A stretch of 64,000 nt of DNA from Eledone cirrhosa (taxonomy: Eukaryota): positions 182,156,001-182,220,000 of the forward strand of contig OZ024741.1 of the NCBI GenBank assembly GCA_964016885.1, written 5' to 3'. A program made the position numbers and the translations under genes. This document shows, one piece after another, positions 1 through 14,089 of this stretch (within the stretch, counting starts at the first letter, position 1; each line of letters begins with the position of its first letter). The notes beneath the pieces are model-generated. The model was not told the DNA's origin, ran no database searches, and was given only the letters and a program-made list of their open reading frames with translations.

Positions 1-202
1 ATTGGCAGTATTTTAAATAAACGTATTTGTATTGATCAGATATGTAAATGAACGCGTTCAGAACAATTAAGTAATGACATAGATAAATATTGATAAGTTG
101 TACACTTCTATTGAACCTGTGTGTGAACAAAACCTCCGGAAGTGTGTGTCTACGCATACACGCATAAATATGAATATACAAATACATATAAATTACACAT
201 AC

Positions 203-250
<48 letters not shown>

Positions 251-255
<5 letters not shown>

Positions 256-452
256 AACAAGTATGACCCCGACGGCAGAGCTCAAGCCGTTTCGACGGCT
301 AATTCTGAACTCGCGTCCAGAATTAGCCGTCGAAACGGCTTGAGCTCTGCCGTCGGGGTCATACTTGTTCCTATTACCCACTCTACTACCCTAAGTATTG
401 AGTATTCTGTCGCGTTATGGTCCATCTGGTTCCTTACCACATTTCCTTCGTT
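251..452 (+). mobile_element. Short fold-back element, family F1 (probable PLE 3' end) in (TA)n
   Basis: Perfect 57-bp inverted arms 251-307/318-374 with a 10-nt loop, then an ~80-bp tail. (TA)n lies on both sides. Near-identical copies at 18640, 27994 and 29116. Confidence 0.75.
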
Positions 453-603
453 ATATATATATATATATATATATATATGAATGTACGTATTCATAGTGAA
501 AGGCCTTCAAAATGTTTTTAAATAAACATACAGTATATTATTAAACATACAATACGTATACGTACAATCCTATATACATCGGTATTTCAGCGCTCCAACA
601 TAA

Positions 604-654
<51 letters not shown>

Positions 655-1111
655 TTGAGCTTTCTTTGTTGTGTAGCATAATCAATATATACTTTATATG
701 TATAGATTAAACCTGATTATAGTATATAACTGCTCCAAATTTTAAAAATGTTGTGTTATCCTATAGGGACCGTTTTGGCTATTCTCTTTAGCGCTTTTTA
801 GGACCAGTCATGCAAAATATCTGTCCTTTTGTAAGACGTTAGTTTTAACACCGTGTGCTTTTAGTCAGGTGTCTTGCTTGGACAGATAGCTAGTTAATGT
901 GCAGTGTGAGATGTATATAAAAAAGACCAAGCTCTTTCTAGATTGGAATTTTCTGTAGACTTAATGATGTTTATTACAAAAATCGATAAGTGGTGATTGA
1001 TACCAATCATTGAAATCGATTATAAACATCGTGTTCTAGATTCCATGAAACGGCCGTGCGCGAGTTTTTGTTGTTCTATATATATATATGTCAATAATAC
1101 AAAATGTTTCC

Positions 1112-1196
<85 letters not shown>

Positions 1197-1294
1197 AAAG
1201 TATGTGTTCCTGCACATAAATAATACACATAGGGATACAAGTATAGTCCGACCGTATGCATGTGTGGTGCAATGGCAAGTTAATAAATTAACAA

Positions 1295-1376
1295 GCCTTC
1301 TGACGAGGATCTCTTTCTCAATAGAAACCCGCTTGGATTATCTATTTGTTTGGGGATCTGAAACTGCGGTAAAGGC
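1295..1376 (+). ncRNA. Type-I hammerhead ribozyme with expanded helix II
   Basis: gcctt-CTGACGA-ggatctc[~39 nt]gggatct-GAAAC-tgcg-GTA-aaggc. Stem I is 5 bp, stem II 7 bp, stem III minimal, cleavage triplet GUA. Lies in a (TA)n-bounded island ~1194-1447. Confidence 0.75.
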
Positions 1377-2111
1377 ACATATAGTAAGTACAGTGAACTT
1401 TTTGAAATTTATTTTAACATTTTTTCTTTATTTGCTTTTCCTTGATTTTATATATATATATTGTTATACTTTGGGAGGGTCATGTTGCTAATAAGAAACA
1501 CACGCACCAGCTGCTTTCACTTCAATTTATTATAATAAATTTATAAATTTAGGAATTTATAAATTTCCGGTTGGTTGGTTGGTTCCACAACCAGATGATT
1601 GTTCATATATTTTCAAAGTATAACAATATCGGTTTCAACACACGTTTTCAGATAAAGAATCTTGCTAAATAAATTCAGAAACGATATATATATATACATA
1701 TATATATATGCTTCCCTCAGATTTTGCACTCAATCCTTTCCTCTTACCTATATCGGTATCTGATATTTCTAGTCTAACCAACTCGCGAACTGAACAAGAT
1801 GGTTTGCTGATGCTTTAACTGAGTTTGCTTATAGACAGGTTCCCCTCCCAATACATTCTCATACATTGTTCCAAAAAGACATGGGTCGGTTCAGGTTATA
1901 GGAGAACTCACGCCTTTGTTTGCTTCTCATTAAGAGAACACTGCTAAAAACTGAAATAGAAAGAAAGTTTTAGTTAATTGAGCTTTGATTTCCTACTTCC
2001 TATATTCTGATTGTTGCATGGATTTGTATGTATATATATATCTTATGCATTTTGTCCCAAACCAGTGTTGATACCCCTACACACTTTCAAACACACACTC
2101 ATATATACATG

Positions 2112-2147
<36 letters not shown>

Positions 2148-2876
2148 GAGATAGATGTTTTTGTGTGGGGGGGGGGGGTATGTATGGATATACAAATAGG
2201 TAGCGGAATTGGTAAAAAATATTTTGAGGTATTTGTTTACCTCTCTTTTCTTTAAGTTTACAATTCCTATCCTGTCCAAGCCTGCTTTGACTTTCAGTCT
2301 TCGAAAACTGAGAAAATATGAACTGAATGTGGATAGAACTGGCTATAATCTATATAGCACGACCTCGGCTGACCACAGTCCAACGACTGAGAACAGTAAA
2401 GGAAAAGAAGACATACATACACATAGACGTACATACATAGTGGATGCCAACTCATGTCCGAGTACGATCACTTCCTGGAAAAAATAAACATTGCCAAAAC
2501 TGTATTATTCATATTGCTGTCGCTGAGATCACCATAGATGGCTCATCAAACCATAAAGGGACATACATGCTCTGTCTCACAGTTAGTAGGTAAGATTTTT
2601 TCTGGCGAAGCATAATTTGCGGTGCCTTGTTACCCCACAGGCAGAGTGACACACTTGGGTATAAATGCAACATGCACAATCAAAGTGTATGGGATATTCA
2701 CAGGTGTTATTTCCATGAGTATGATATTTACTATGACCTAGTAGCCCAGCCTTTGAAACACATACACGTCAATATCCCTTACAAGTGAGAGTCTCTTTCG
2801 AACCCCGTTCTGGTAGCGGATTGACATTCTCCCATATATCTAGCTGCCCCAGTTGTGTTCTAATTCCTTATCACCG

Positions 2877-3128
2877 CTAGCAATCAGATTTCTCCACTGT
2901 CTGTTGCAACATTTTCCCATGTTTCTGTGTTGTTCTTGACCTTCTTCGAGGTATTCCGGCAGTCTTTAAAGCCAAGAAGCAATCCATTAGAAGTTGAAGG
3001 TCTTCTTGCATGTGGCTAACAAGATCACAGTCATCTGCATAAAGAAGATTACGTATCACTGCGATAGATGTTTTGATGCAGCAAGGAATCGTTGGATATT
3101 AAAGAACATTCATCTTGTTCGATAAGAT
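2877..3128 (-). mobile_element. RTE-clade LINE fragment (RT YADD region fused to 3' end)
   Basis: Minus strand reads FNIQRF...IRNLLYADDCDLVSH..EDLQLLMDCF, followed by a WENVATD-like C-terminal motif. Confidence 0.65.
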
Positions 3129-3285
3129 ACATGCATGCACACTCGTACATACATAGTGAAGCTTTTAAAGCTCCCAGATATCATAAGAAATATTGATTAT
3201 CTCGCATATTGTAGAAGATATCACAGATAGCTTTTCATATACCACAAGCTATTAAAATGTGCGAACGTGTGTATGTCCGTGCACG

Positions 3286-3358
<73 letters not shown>

Positions 3359-3374
3359 ACACATAAAACATTTT

Positions 3375-3530
3375 GCCATTTGCAAATTTGCAAATATAAC
3401 AGGCCTGATATTGTTGTTTGGGACAGAAAAGAAATATAATGTAATGTCATAGAGGTCAGTGTTTTGCCGATGTGAACATTTCTTCCGAAATCGGTGAAAA
3501 TAAGAATAATTATGGACAATCACTTCCTGC
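3375..3530 (+). mobile_element. Restriction-like endonuclease fragment of an R4/Dong-type non-LTR retrotransposon
   Basis: KYNRPDIVVWDRKEI*CNVIEVS resembles the NRPDIV...C.IIDV RLE motif. Begins just after a (TG)n tract. Confidence 0.55.
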
Positions 3531-4386
3531 ATCAAAACCGCCAACTTCATTCCTCAGATCATACATTACCATTTATATCGATAATTATTAGTGTACTTGC
3601 CTATTTTAGTAGATGTATAAGTAACAATCAAGAAAAGCTAAGGTCTTTGGTAATGAAAAAACCCTGTGGTGAGCATCGCATAACTGTAACATAAACTAAA
3701 CTGCCTCCGAGTCATATTCGCAATTTGGTTTCCATTCTCGGTAGGTTGAGAGGTTTCATATCTTTCATGAGAAAAAAATCCACAATAGTGTTATGGTTTG
3801 TTCCTAATATTGAACTGAAAACACACATACACACACACAAACGCACACACACACACACAAACGCACACACACACACATACACACACACACACACAGATAC
3901 AACATAAAACCAAAATATTACATAAATAAATCTAATCAATTCTTTTACGATCCAGACATGTCTTATCCGCAATGCAGTCTCTATTCCAGTATTCCAGTTT
4001 ATAGCGTCATTTTCACGTCACTTATATCACCACCAATAATGCCTTTGTGCTAATCATAAATGTCACAAAATTTCATTTCCTTCTTCCTGTATAAATAAAC
4101 TTACGACCTGAAGCGTATGGAGGAAATTAAAATAGTGTAGTGCATTGTTGTGGAGAGCGCCAGAGTGTAAGATTGTAGCTAATCGAGAACTGCAACGCGA
4201 TTTCAATATCCGATTGGAGCCATTTACCACGTCATTCCCGCCGCTACAAATGTGTGTGTATCTACCTCTTCATACATAATACAAGCACACATACACATAC
4301 TCACAGACACATACGCATAAACACACACACAAGCACGCACACGCACACACGCAAATATATATATATATACACACATATATATATAT

Positions 4387-4510
4387 GGTCTGAAACTAGC
4401 TATTGAAACGGCAAGAGCTCAGCCGTCCGAGTCCCGACTCTTTCATATAACCATACTCTACGACCGCAAGTATCGAGTACTCTGATGAGTAAGGGTCTAA
4501 CCAGTTGCAT
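4387..4510 (+). mobile_element. Diverged relative of family F1, without a fold-back arm
   Basis: gaaacggcaagagctcagccgtc...actctacgaccgcaagtatcgagtactctg aligns with F1 (gaaacggcttgagctctgccgtc...actctactaccctaagtattgagtattctg). Bounded by (TA)n. Confidence 0.55.
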
Positions 4511-4539
4511 ATATATATATACATATATATATATGTATA

Positions 4540-5972
4540 TCCGATAAAGTGCATCCAGTACACTATTTGAAATGGTTGGTGTTTGGAATACCATCTATCC
4601 CTGGAGGCCACGGTTCTTTTATGGGTTTCCATAATAAACTCAAGGCCAACGAGGTGGTAAATGCCAACCACGACGCAGAAGGTTTTGCAGCCTACGTCTC
4701 GGACGTGCGATCCTTCTCTGCCAGGTACAAGTAACCCTGAATTAGGACCTCCACATGTTCGAGTCGCTGATCCTCCCATCAGCCATCCGCTCCACCACCA
4801 GCTCACGACCATTACGAGTAGACTGCACATGATTGACGCCTACTCAGTCTTCTTCCTGTTGACGAACTGCTTCTCCATGTCGAGGCTCCTCTACACATTT
4901 CATAGCACTCCTTGGTACAGCCACGCATCTCTCCTCACTGACCTCGATACTGGTATCGTTAGAAATGGTGGCCTTGGTCTCCGGTCTCCGGTCTCGCTGA
5001 CTACGTTGGTGTTTCTTTCGTCGGTAACCTCTTGCTATGTCCTTCTCAACAGGATTCTCTACAAAACAACGGAAGCCACTGGGATCGAGGAACCGGCTCG
5101 ACTCCGCCCTGTATATGTTCCTCCTCCTCTTCCCCCTGTAGACGTCAAATACCCGCAGGGCATATGGGATGCCACCCAATGCGATATGGCCTCCGACAGG
5201 CTAGCATGCCAGATCGACCAGCACCGCCTAGCATATTTTCGCTCGGCCTCGCAACTCCACAGTGGTGCCTGGCTCAATGCCTTACCCTTCTTTTCGACAG
5301 ACACGCAGTTGGATAATGATACTCTGCGAATTGGGGTTTGCCTAAGGCTCGGCCTCCGGATCTGCGAGCCACACAAATGTCACTGAGGATCTACCGTAGA
5401 CGCTTTCGGCTTCCACCGACTGCTCTGTGGTTACAGTGCTAGCCGCCTTCCACACAATGCTGCTCTCAACAAGGTTATAAAGCATGGCTTGGATGCTGGG
5501 GGACGGCAAAGGGCGAGACGGCATGACCATCTTCCCGTTGCAACGAGGTAAACCCCTCGTCTAGAATACACATGCAGTGACAACTTCTCCAGCGGCAACC
5601 TGGTGCAGTCTCCAACTCACCCAGGCTCTCCTGCAATTCGTGATGACGAGGGTGAACCATCGTAATGTCGGTCGTTCTCCGACAGGTTTGCGGTAGAACC
5701 CGAAGCAGTGGAAATGTTTGGTGAACTTAGCTCTAGGACCACCACTCTACTCACCACCATCGGCACAGATTTCGCTACCAGCAGGTGTGAGCCACAGTAG
5801 CTGGAATGGATCTTCCACCGCATCTCCCTCACCATCCTCCGGGGTAACACCGCTATTCTCTCCACTTGGACTGTGGGGCGGCCAGTGCGTAGTCCCCATT
5901 TGCTCATAATAGTGATAGTGAGGGATGGGGAGAGCGAGAGGGACAGAGGCTCCATTTTCTTCAGAGCTGGTA
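4540..5972 (+). mobile_element. 5'-truncated, degenerate CRE-clade non-LTR retrotransposon (RT thumb, CCHC, RLE)
   Basis: ORF 4661-5386 has GGLGLRS, HSGAWLNALP and LRLGLRICEPHKCH. It continues past stops as GSTVDAFGFHRLLC, DGMTIFPLQRGKPL and HRISLTILRGN. Flanked by (TA)n. Confidence 0.75.
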
Positions 5973-6017
5973 TATATGTGTATAGTTATATATATATATA
6001 TATATATATATAACTAT

Positions 6018-6093
<76 letters not shown>

Positions 6094-6127
6094 AGATTTG
6101 AATGGATACAGTTTAGTTGAAAGGAAT

Positions 6128-6247
6128 TTATTGACACGTGTTTCTATAACAGTTACATAACCTAAAACAGCTGCTATCTACAAACTTTTAGTTATGCAGA
6201 CATTCAATATTTCAATGTTATTATTTACTGTCATTTCATCAGAATAA
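6128..6247 (-). ncRNA. Hammerhead ribozyme (inverted copy in the left arm of element A)
   Basis: Reverse complement of 10977-11096, with intact CTGATGA and GAAAC-ACGT-GTC. Confidence 0.7.
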
Positions 6248-6803
6248 TATTACTGAGGACCTATTTAGTTTTTATAGAGAATATTAGGAGGGAGGGGTGA
6301 AGTTGTTAGAAGAATAGTTGAAGGAGTGGTTTTTCGATAGCAGTGAGAATTCTTGGTGGCAGTGAGTAATTAGATTCCCATCTGTTGTTTTGACATTTTT
6401 TATAGAATATATTATTGGTTATTTTTCTAAATCTATAGAAGGATTAGAGATAGTAAAGATATGCGTGGTTGGTTTTGTGTTTGCACTTAATTAACATTCA
6501 GACTTAAATTTTTCTTTCAAGTGTACGTATCCTTTCACCCACGCATTCACACACAAATATATTTGCACACCTCTACAAAATACATATACTCACAATTCAC
6601 ATATTCATACTTACATATATATACACATGCATACACATATATATACACACATGTATTCATGTACATACATACGCGCTCATGTGTATACATTTTCATACTC
6701 AACTTATCTTTATATACACACGTATAGACACACACATATATACATACATACTCTAGTCCATGTGTACACACATACACATACATACACATCTATATACACA
6801 TAT

Positions 6804-6897
<94 letters not shown>

Positions 6898-6900
<3 letters not shown>

Positions 6901-7900
6901 CACTTTAATACATGAATACACTTACATCTAACTATACACATCAAACATATATATATATTTACTTATTTATATACATTTTCATATATATATATACATACTT
7001 ATGGACGTTTTTAGACACATTCATTATCGCATATTTGCACCTATTCTCAAAAAGATCAATACTAGAAGGTTAAACGAAAACACTAAAAACTTAAGTACAA
7101 AGAACACAAAAAAAACAGTAGACAATACACTACAGAACATAAATAAACCACACCTAAGTTCGTCCGCAATACTACTCCAGAGAAAACCCAACGTACACAA
7201 CTGTAACTGCACCTATCCTGACAACTGCCCCCTCGGCAATAACTGCCTGGAAAAAAATATTATTTATAAGTGTACCATTAAATCCGGAGGCAACGAGTGG
7301 TATTACGTGGTATCAACGGCAACATCGTTTAAATCTCGATTGTATAGGCATTCTTACTCAATAAAACACCAGAGCCAAAGAAATGTAACAACTTTAGCAG
7401 AAAAAGCTTGGACGCTCAGGGATAGCGATCAAAAGTTTACCCTAAAATGGGAGAAATTAGCTAAAACCCAAAGCTTTTCCAGGAGCCAAAATTTCTGCAA
7501 ATTGTGTAATCTTGAGATTTATTACATAATCACACACAAGAAGAAACTGCTGAATAACAGAATTGAACGAACATTATTCTGCCGTCACAGAACTAAAACC
7601 CTTTTTTCCCACTACAAGCCGAATATTACATAAAAGAGGGACATCCCCCAACTATATAAACCTTAATCTAGTTAGAAAAATATAAAAACAATCTCTTCTC
7701 AACATATATTAATAACCTTAAATTACCACACTAATAATGGAAAGATATGCTGATGAGAATAGGTGCAAATATGCGATAATGAATGTGTCTAAAAACGTCC
7801 ATAAGTATGTATATATATGTGAAAATGTATATAAATAAGTAAATATATATATATGTTTGATGTGTATAGTTAGATGTAAGTGTATTCATGTATTAAAGTG

Positions 7901-7903
<3 letters not shown>
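6898..7903 (+). mobile_element. 5'-truncated Penelope-like element B with inverted terminal arms
   Basis: Arms 6898-7049/7754-7903 enclose a GIY-YIG ORF. (TA)n lies on both sides. Degenerate HHR-like motif at 7746-7803 (tatg-CTGATGA...AAAAC-GTC-cata). Confidence 0.85.
7001..7633 (+). pseudogene. PLE GIY-YIG endonuclease domain, truncated (ATG supplied by the inverted arm)
   Basis: CNCTYPDNCPLGNNC linker, then NIIYKCTI...WYYVVSTATSFKSRLYRH, CKLCNLEIYYII and LLNNR..CRH. This is the typical PLE endonuclease layout; the YIG motif has decayed to YVV. Confidence 0.85.
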
Positions 7904-7968
<65 letters not shown>

Positions 7969-7971
<3 letters not shown>

Positions 7972-9552
7972 AATAACAAAGAACGCCTATAGCATATGCA
8001 TATCTTTACTTGCTAACATTGTTTCATCCGCACTATAAGTGGGACTCATCAGAGTCATCGAATATTAAGCTCTTTCTTCTACTTTAAACCTATTAGCTAG
8101 CACTTCCTTAATTCTCCAGTTGGGCTATCTTGTGTAACTGTCTCTTATTGTGTGTAACTGTCTCCTATTGTTTGTCTTCTATGTATATGAGTCGGTGAGT
8201 GTATACGTATGCCTGCGTGAGGATATTGATCTGGATATTGGGGTGTACAGGTGAGTGGGTGTGTATGTTAATAAGCACCCCTGTTTGGCACAGCGGATGT
8301 AACCCATCCACGCTCGCCTACCCACCATTGGTGCATTGGTGGTTCTATCCCGACGTGTATCTTGCGGATCTGTACCTCTGTATGCGCATGAGTTATGATG
8401 TAATGTATCTATGTAGAGCGTGTACTGTGATATAGGCTGCACAAATAGAAATTTAGCCTGTAACTGTGGGCGGACCTGTGCCATCTCGCCGTAAGCAGTA
8501 GATACGTGGCGCATGTACGTGTTGCCCTCCTATTCTGTGGTTTAAGATCTACAGGCTGACTTCTGGGAGCTCTTGCCCGGGGTTGTAGTCTTTCTAGCAC
8601 GATCGGCCTTCCATATATTGACGGTCGTTGTTATGATCCCGAAAGTAACGTTTTGGCCCCGATAGCCCTCCGTAGTTACTAACGGTCTGTGTACACTTAA
8701 ATCGGGCAATGGCACGTGCGGACACGATTATCTCCGTAGGAATTCAATTTGATTTATTTTACTACATCTCATCGTATGTATTTATTTTGAATGTATTATC
8801 CGTGGTGGTGGGTCTTGCCTAATGTGGTATTTCTGTGTTTAATATCAGCTTTGACCCGGGTGTCCTACGCTGTGTGTGTGTGCGTGTGTGTCGGTGTATA
8901 CATTTATATGTGTATGGGTGTAGGTGGTTGTATATGTCTGTATATAAAAAAATATATATATATGTATACCGTCTCTGCATATGCATGTGGTGTGTATATG
9001 TGCATATACGTGCTGAACATATTGGTGTGTATAATCTTGTGATGTCCCAATGCGGTGACTTCATGATATTGGCTCTTGAAGCTATTTTTTATATATCTTT
9101 TATTTTTTATATATCTTTTGTATGCGCTCCAACTGTGTCTGCTTGCTTTGGCTAACCCGCCTGCACCTGCTTGCTTTCGGCCCACTTGTCTGCCTCTTGC
9201 TGCTGCACGTGAATTCTCCTGGCTTCTCCTACCTTCCTTCGATGTACCTCTGTTTGACCATTGGACTCCTGCCCGGGTGTGAACCGGTTTGTGATTACCC
9301 CACCGCTCAACTGTGTGAATGCACACCCGTGACTTTCGAGTGAACTTTTGAGACTGCCCAACCTGGGACGCCTCCATTGCCTTGCAATGGTCAAGTGATA
9401 CTGATAACTGTGACACTTAGTGCCTTCGTGGGCCCCTGATATATTCAAGAAATATATTCTAAAAAATATATATGTTATCTCAATTTACTTTATTTTATTT
9501 TATTTTGTTTTATTTCATTTCATTTTATTTAATTTTATTTATTTATTTAATT

Positions 9553-9584
<32 letters not shown>

Positions 9585-10372
9585 TTTTATTTATTTTATT
9601 TTATTTATTTATTTAATTATATCTTATATTATATTATTTTATTTTAGTCTATTTTATTTTAGTTTATCTTATTTTATGTTATTTTATTTTATTATTATAT
9701 TATATTATATTCTATTTTATATAATTTTAATTTTAATTTTATATTATTTTATTCTTTTTTATTTCATTCCTTACCCTGTATCACTATTATCTGTATATTT
9801 TCTATTTTATATGTATGTTTTTTATATTTTCTTATATATATTATAAGTCTATTTTTTACCTATTTTTTACCTATTTTTCACCTATTTTTTATCTACTCTT
9901 ACCTAATCCTATCTATCTTATCTACTCTTGTCTGTTCTCTTATCCATGTGTATGCTTGTATGTAACTATATGTTGACAGCACTCCGCCCAACTGTGACTG
10001 ATAGCACCCCTTATTTTTCTATTATTTTTCAATTATTTTTCATTGTTTATTTTTCAATGTTTATTTTATTATTATTTTTATTTTTATTTTTATTTTTACT
10101 TTTACTTCCTTAATATCCTTTATCTTTTATTATTTTTCATTCTTCAATGTCTTGGATTTGTTATTGCTTGTGTGGTATGTAATTAACCTTTATGCTCTGA
10201 TGAGTCCCACTTATAGTGCGGATGAAACAATGTTAGCAAGTAAAGATATGCATATGCTATAGGCGTTCTTTGTTATTTATTATATCACGGCTCTGTCCTC
10301 AGACATCGAGCTAACCTTATACTGCCTGTTGGATACGTGGAGTGTTATATACCCCTGATCCTCTCCCTAGTA

Positions 10373-10374
<2 letters not shown>
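7969..10374. mobile_element. PLE-type element C with inverted HHR-bearing arms
   Basis: Arms 7969-8054/10195-10285, tail to 10374. The minus strand near 8060-8125 reads WRIKEVLA...(frameshift)ELNIR*, resembling a decayed GIY-YIG C-terminus. Confidence 0.6.
10193..10238 (+). ncRNA. Minimal type-I hammerhead ribozyme
   Basis: tgct-CTGATGA-gtcccac-ttata-gtgcggat-GAAAC-aat-GTT-agca. A second copy on the minus strand at ~8011-8054 has stem I broken. Confidence 0.65.
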
Positions 10375-10420
<46 letters not shown>

Positions 10421-10976
10421 ATATGTGTATATAGATGTGTATGTATGTGTATGTGTGTACAGATGGACTAGAGTATGTATGTATATATGTGTGTGTCTAT
10501 ACGTGTGTATATAAAGATAAGTTGAGTATGAAAATGTATACACATGAGCGCGTATGTATGTACATGAATACATGTGTGTATATATATGTGTATGCATGTG
10601 TATATATATGTAAGTATGAATATGTGAATTGTGAGTATATGTATTTTGTAGAGGTGTGCAAATATATTTGTGTGTGAATGCGTGGGTGAAAGGATACGTA
10701 CACTTGAAAGAAAAATTTAAGTCTGAATGTTAATTAAGTGCAAACACAAAACCAACCACGCATATCTTTACTATCTCTAATCCTTCTATAGATTTAGAAA
10801 AATAACCAATAATATATTCTATAAAAAATGTCAAAACAACAGATGGGAATCTAATTACTCACTGCCACCAAGAATTCTCACTGCTATCGAAAAACCACTC
10901 CTTCAACTATTCTTCTAACAACTTCACCCCTCCCTCCTAATATTCTCTATAAAAACTAAATAGGTCCTCAGTAATA

Positions 10977-11096
10977 TTATTCTGATGAAATGACAGTAAA
11001 TAATAACATTAAAATATTGAATGTCTGCATAACTAAAAGTTTGTAGATAGCAGCTGTTTTAGGTTATGTAACTGTTATAGAAACACGTGTCAATAA
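10977..11096 (+). ncRNA. Type-I hammerhead ribozyme with ~91-nt helix II region
   Basis: ttatt-CTGATGA-aatgacagt[...]actgttata-GAAAC-ACGT-GTC-aataa. The loop III sequence ACGT is palindromic; cleavage triplet GUC. Confidence 0.75.
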
Positions 11097-11243
11097 ATTC
11101 CTTTCAACTAAACTGTATCCATTCAAATCTTTCTATTTTTCTCCGGATTACTTTTGGAACTACAACTGGAACCGTCGAGCAAACTCTACGTGAGCTGATA
11201 ATCTACTGTGTGTAATATTTATATTACAACACAACGGAAAATA

Positions 11244-11355
<112 letters not shown>

Positions 11356-11691
11356 ATTCTTCATGATGATTTCCTTCGAATGAAACAGTTCCATATATAT
11401 ATATTATTCTACACACCCTTATACATATAAATTTAGGCATACATACATATCAGGAGTCTAATGTTTTTTTCTGGAATGGTAGAATAATTGGTAGCTGTCA
11501 TATATGAAATAAATGTATCACATTAAAAATGAGTCTTAACTCAAATACTAAGACTTCTTCATAAAGATCTGACTATTAATAAAGATTCTATAAACATTCA
11601 CATTTAATAACAAAAACTATATATATATATATATATAATATTATATATATATTATATATATATTTATATATATATAACATTTAATAACAAA

Positions 11692-11748
<57 letters not shown>

Positions 11749-12005
11749 ATATTAAGGATACTATTTATAGTTATGTATATTTTAAACTTTTTATAGTTAT
11801 GTATATTTTAAAGCATAAACAGGGAAGGTCAGTAATTTATGACTACCTTATTACCAGTAAGATAAATAGCTCAATGTAATAACATCAGTTGTTCTACAGA
11901 GCAGTTATATAGAATTCACAAGAATCAAAGCTATGTTCAAAGCATTTATTCACTTAAGTGAATAAATGCTTTGAACATACTTTTGATTCCTGTGAATTAT
12001 ATATA
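11749..12005 (-). mobile_element. Short fold-back element with a zero-loop 50-bp hairpin
   Basis: Arms 11906-11955/11956-12005 (centre cacttaagtg, ~4 mismatches). The tail to the left contains acattgagcta on the minus strand. Bounded by (TA)n. Confidence 0.6.
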
Positions 12006-12255
12006 TATATATAATCATCATCAGCATCATCAAGTTAACGTAAATAGCTTAGCCAGTTGTTGGGATGCTGCCCTAGACGCTTTCGCGTCTATACAGCCAC
12101 CCACCCACACCCTTCATACACACACACACACGCCCCAGCACACACACACGCCCCAGCACACACACACCTATAGTTATAATAAATATATTAAATATATATA
12201 CAAATTTTTAATATGTATATAATAAATATAATATATAATCTCACTCTCTCTTTTT

Positions 12256-12346
<91 letters not shown>

Positions 12347-12909
12347 TTCACACACAATGCTCACGCCCACATAGTATGAAGAGTTTAAGTTTGGATGTGT
12401 TAGTACACCGTGTGGTGAAAACGAATTATGTTCCCAGACTGACCTTTCGTCTGAGAGCAAGATATGAAGAGGCGTTGATTGTGATGTATAAATGAAAGCA
12501 CTCAAAGTACTGCAGATAGGCTTGGAGACACTATATTAATTGCATCTGGAACTGTCGGCGTTAATAGTGATAACATGGTAAACATATCCTTTTACCATAT
12601 ATGTAAACCTTTCTTGCCTAAGTCATATACAAATACACTGTCTGTGTTTTCACTGCATTTCTGCCAGATAATCGGCAGCAAAAAGAAAGTACTATTTTTA
12701 ATTTAGTACTTTTATTTACTATAGCTTATGACTTATGAAATTCGATGCATATTTCGTGTCTTTTACAAGTGTTCTAGCTACGGGCTGGTTGGAGCCATGT
12801 GAGAAAATGTGGGTCGATAAAAAAAGGGCAAAAACCTATGTAATTCAAAGTTCCAGCCTTGTTGCATACAGTGAAACTTTGATTTAGTTTACGTATTATA
12901 TTAAAGTGT

Positions 12910-13190
12910 GGAGGCACGTGGCCTAGTAGTAAGGGTGTTGGACTTACGATCATAATGCCGGGGGTTCGATTCCTGGGTTGTGTGTTGTGTTCTTGAACAA
13001 AGCGCTTCATTTCACGTTGCTCCAGTATTCTCAGCTGAAAATGAGTACCAGTAATAGCTGGGGGTTTAACCCTCCGATGGACTGGCGTCCTGTCCAGGGA
13101 GGAGTCTTATACTCTCAGTCGCTTCACGCCATGAAACCGGGATAAGCACTGGCCAAATGAGCCTTCTGGCTTAAGACAGACTTTAGACTT
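12910..13190 (+). mobile_element. tRNA-headed SINE, family S1, near full length
   Basis: A box tggcctagtagtaa, B box ggttcgattcct, body gatggactggcgtcc...gaaaccggg and a (gactt)-type tail. Other copies at ~21111-21310 (-) and ~23140-23400 (-). Confidence 0.8.
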
Positions 13191-13488
13191 AGATTATATT
13201 AAAGTAACATGTATTTATGGATATTCAACTACTTGCGCGTTCATTTAACAAGTAAATAGTTCAGTTGGTCGAACAAACGAATGTTTATCGATGAAACCGA
13301 TGGAGAGTCCATCATCTGTTCTTGTTATTCTTTTATTTGTACATATCTGAATTAAGTTTGAGGCAGTTGACCGGCAACGTCGTTAGGGCGTCGTTCTGAC
13401 TCTTTCTGCACTAAGTTCAAAAACCACCATGTCAAATTTGCCTTTCATTATTTCGAGGTCGATAAATAAAATACCAGACCAGCTCTGG

Positions 13489-13619
<131 letters not shown>

Positions 13620-13646
13620 GTCTCTCACTCTGTCTCTCTCTCTCCA

Positions 13647-13777
<131 letters not shown>

Positions 13778-14089
13778 CTCACTTTGAAATCGGCTGTTTT
13801 CAGGCTTGGAGAAGGAGATATGTTCTGCCAGGTTTAAGATGCAGAAGACGCTCCTAAAACTACATTAAGAGTTCAGAGTCGATGGATGGGTGGATGATTA
13901 AATCACATCAGCCAAATCTCCTCCAAATGAGCGAGCTAACTGACCATATAGAGGCACATAATCAAACTATTCAATTAAGTAATTTGCATGTGTTCATCGT
14001 ACTCTGTACGAACCAATGAAGGAACTGCTACAAGATCACTAACTCTGCTAGAAATAGCAACTAAATCTCCCTCAAATGGATGCACGTTG

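Noticed and set aside
251-374. F1 hairpins as MITE TIRs or pre-miRNAs
   Set aside because: The arms are not terminal on both sides, vary in length per copy and leave a constant unpaired tail. This fits insertion-generated inversion better.
967-1030. HHR-like fold gatgtttat...GAAA-TCGA-TT-ataaacatc
   Set aside because: Stem I-like pairing and a palindromic loop are present, but there is no CTGANGA box. At most a decayed remnant.
4482-4510. Isolated CTGATGA (also ~30474 and 54161) and ctgaaga at 27302 as hammerheads
   Set aside because: No downstream GAAA with matching stems I and III could be found.
12910-12975. tRNA gene-like A/B boxes
   Set aside because: No full cloverleaf, and they continue into SINE bodies. 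These are SINE heads.
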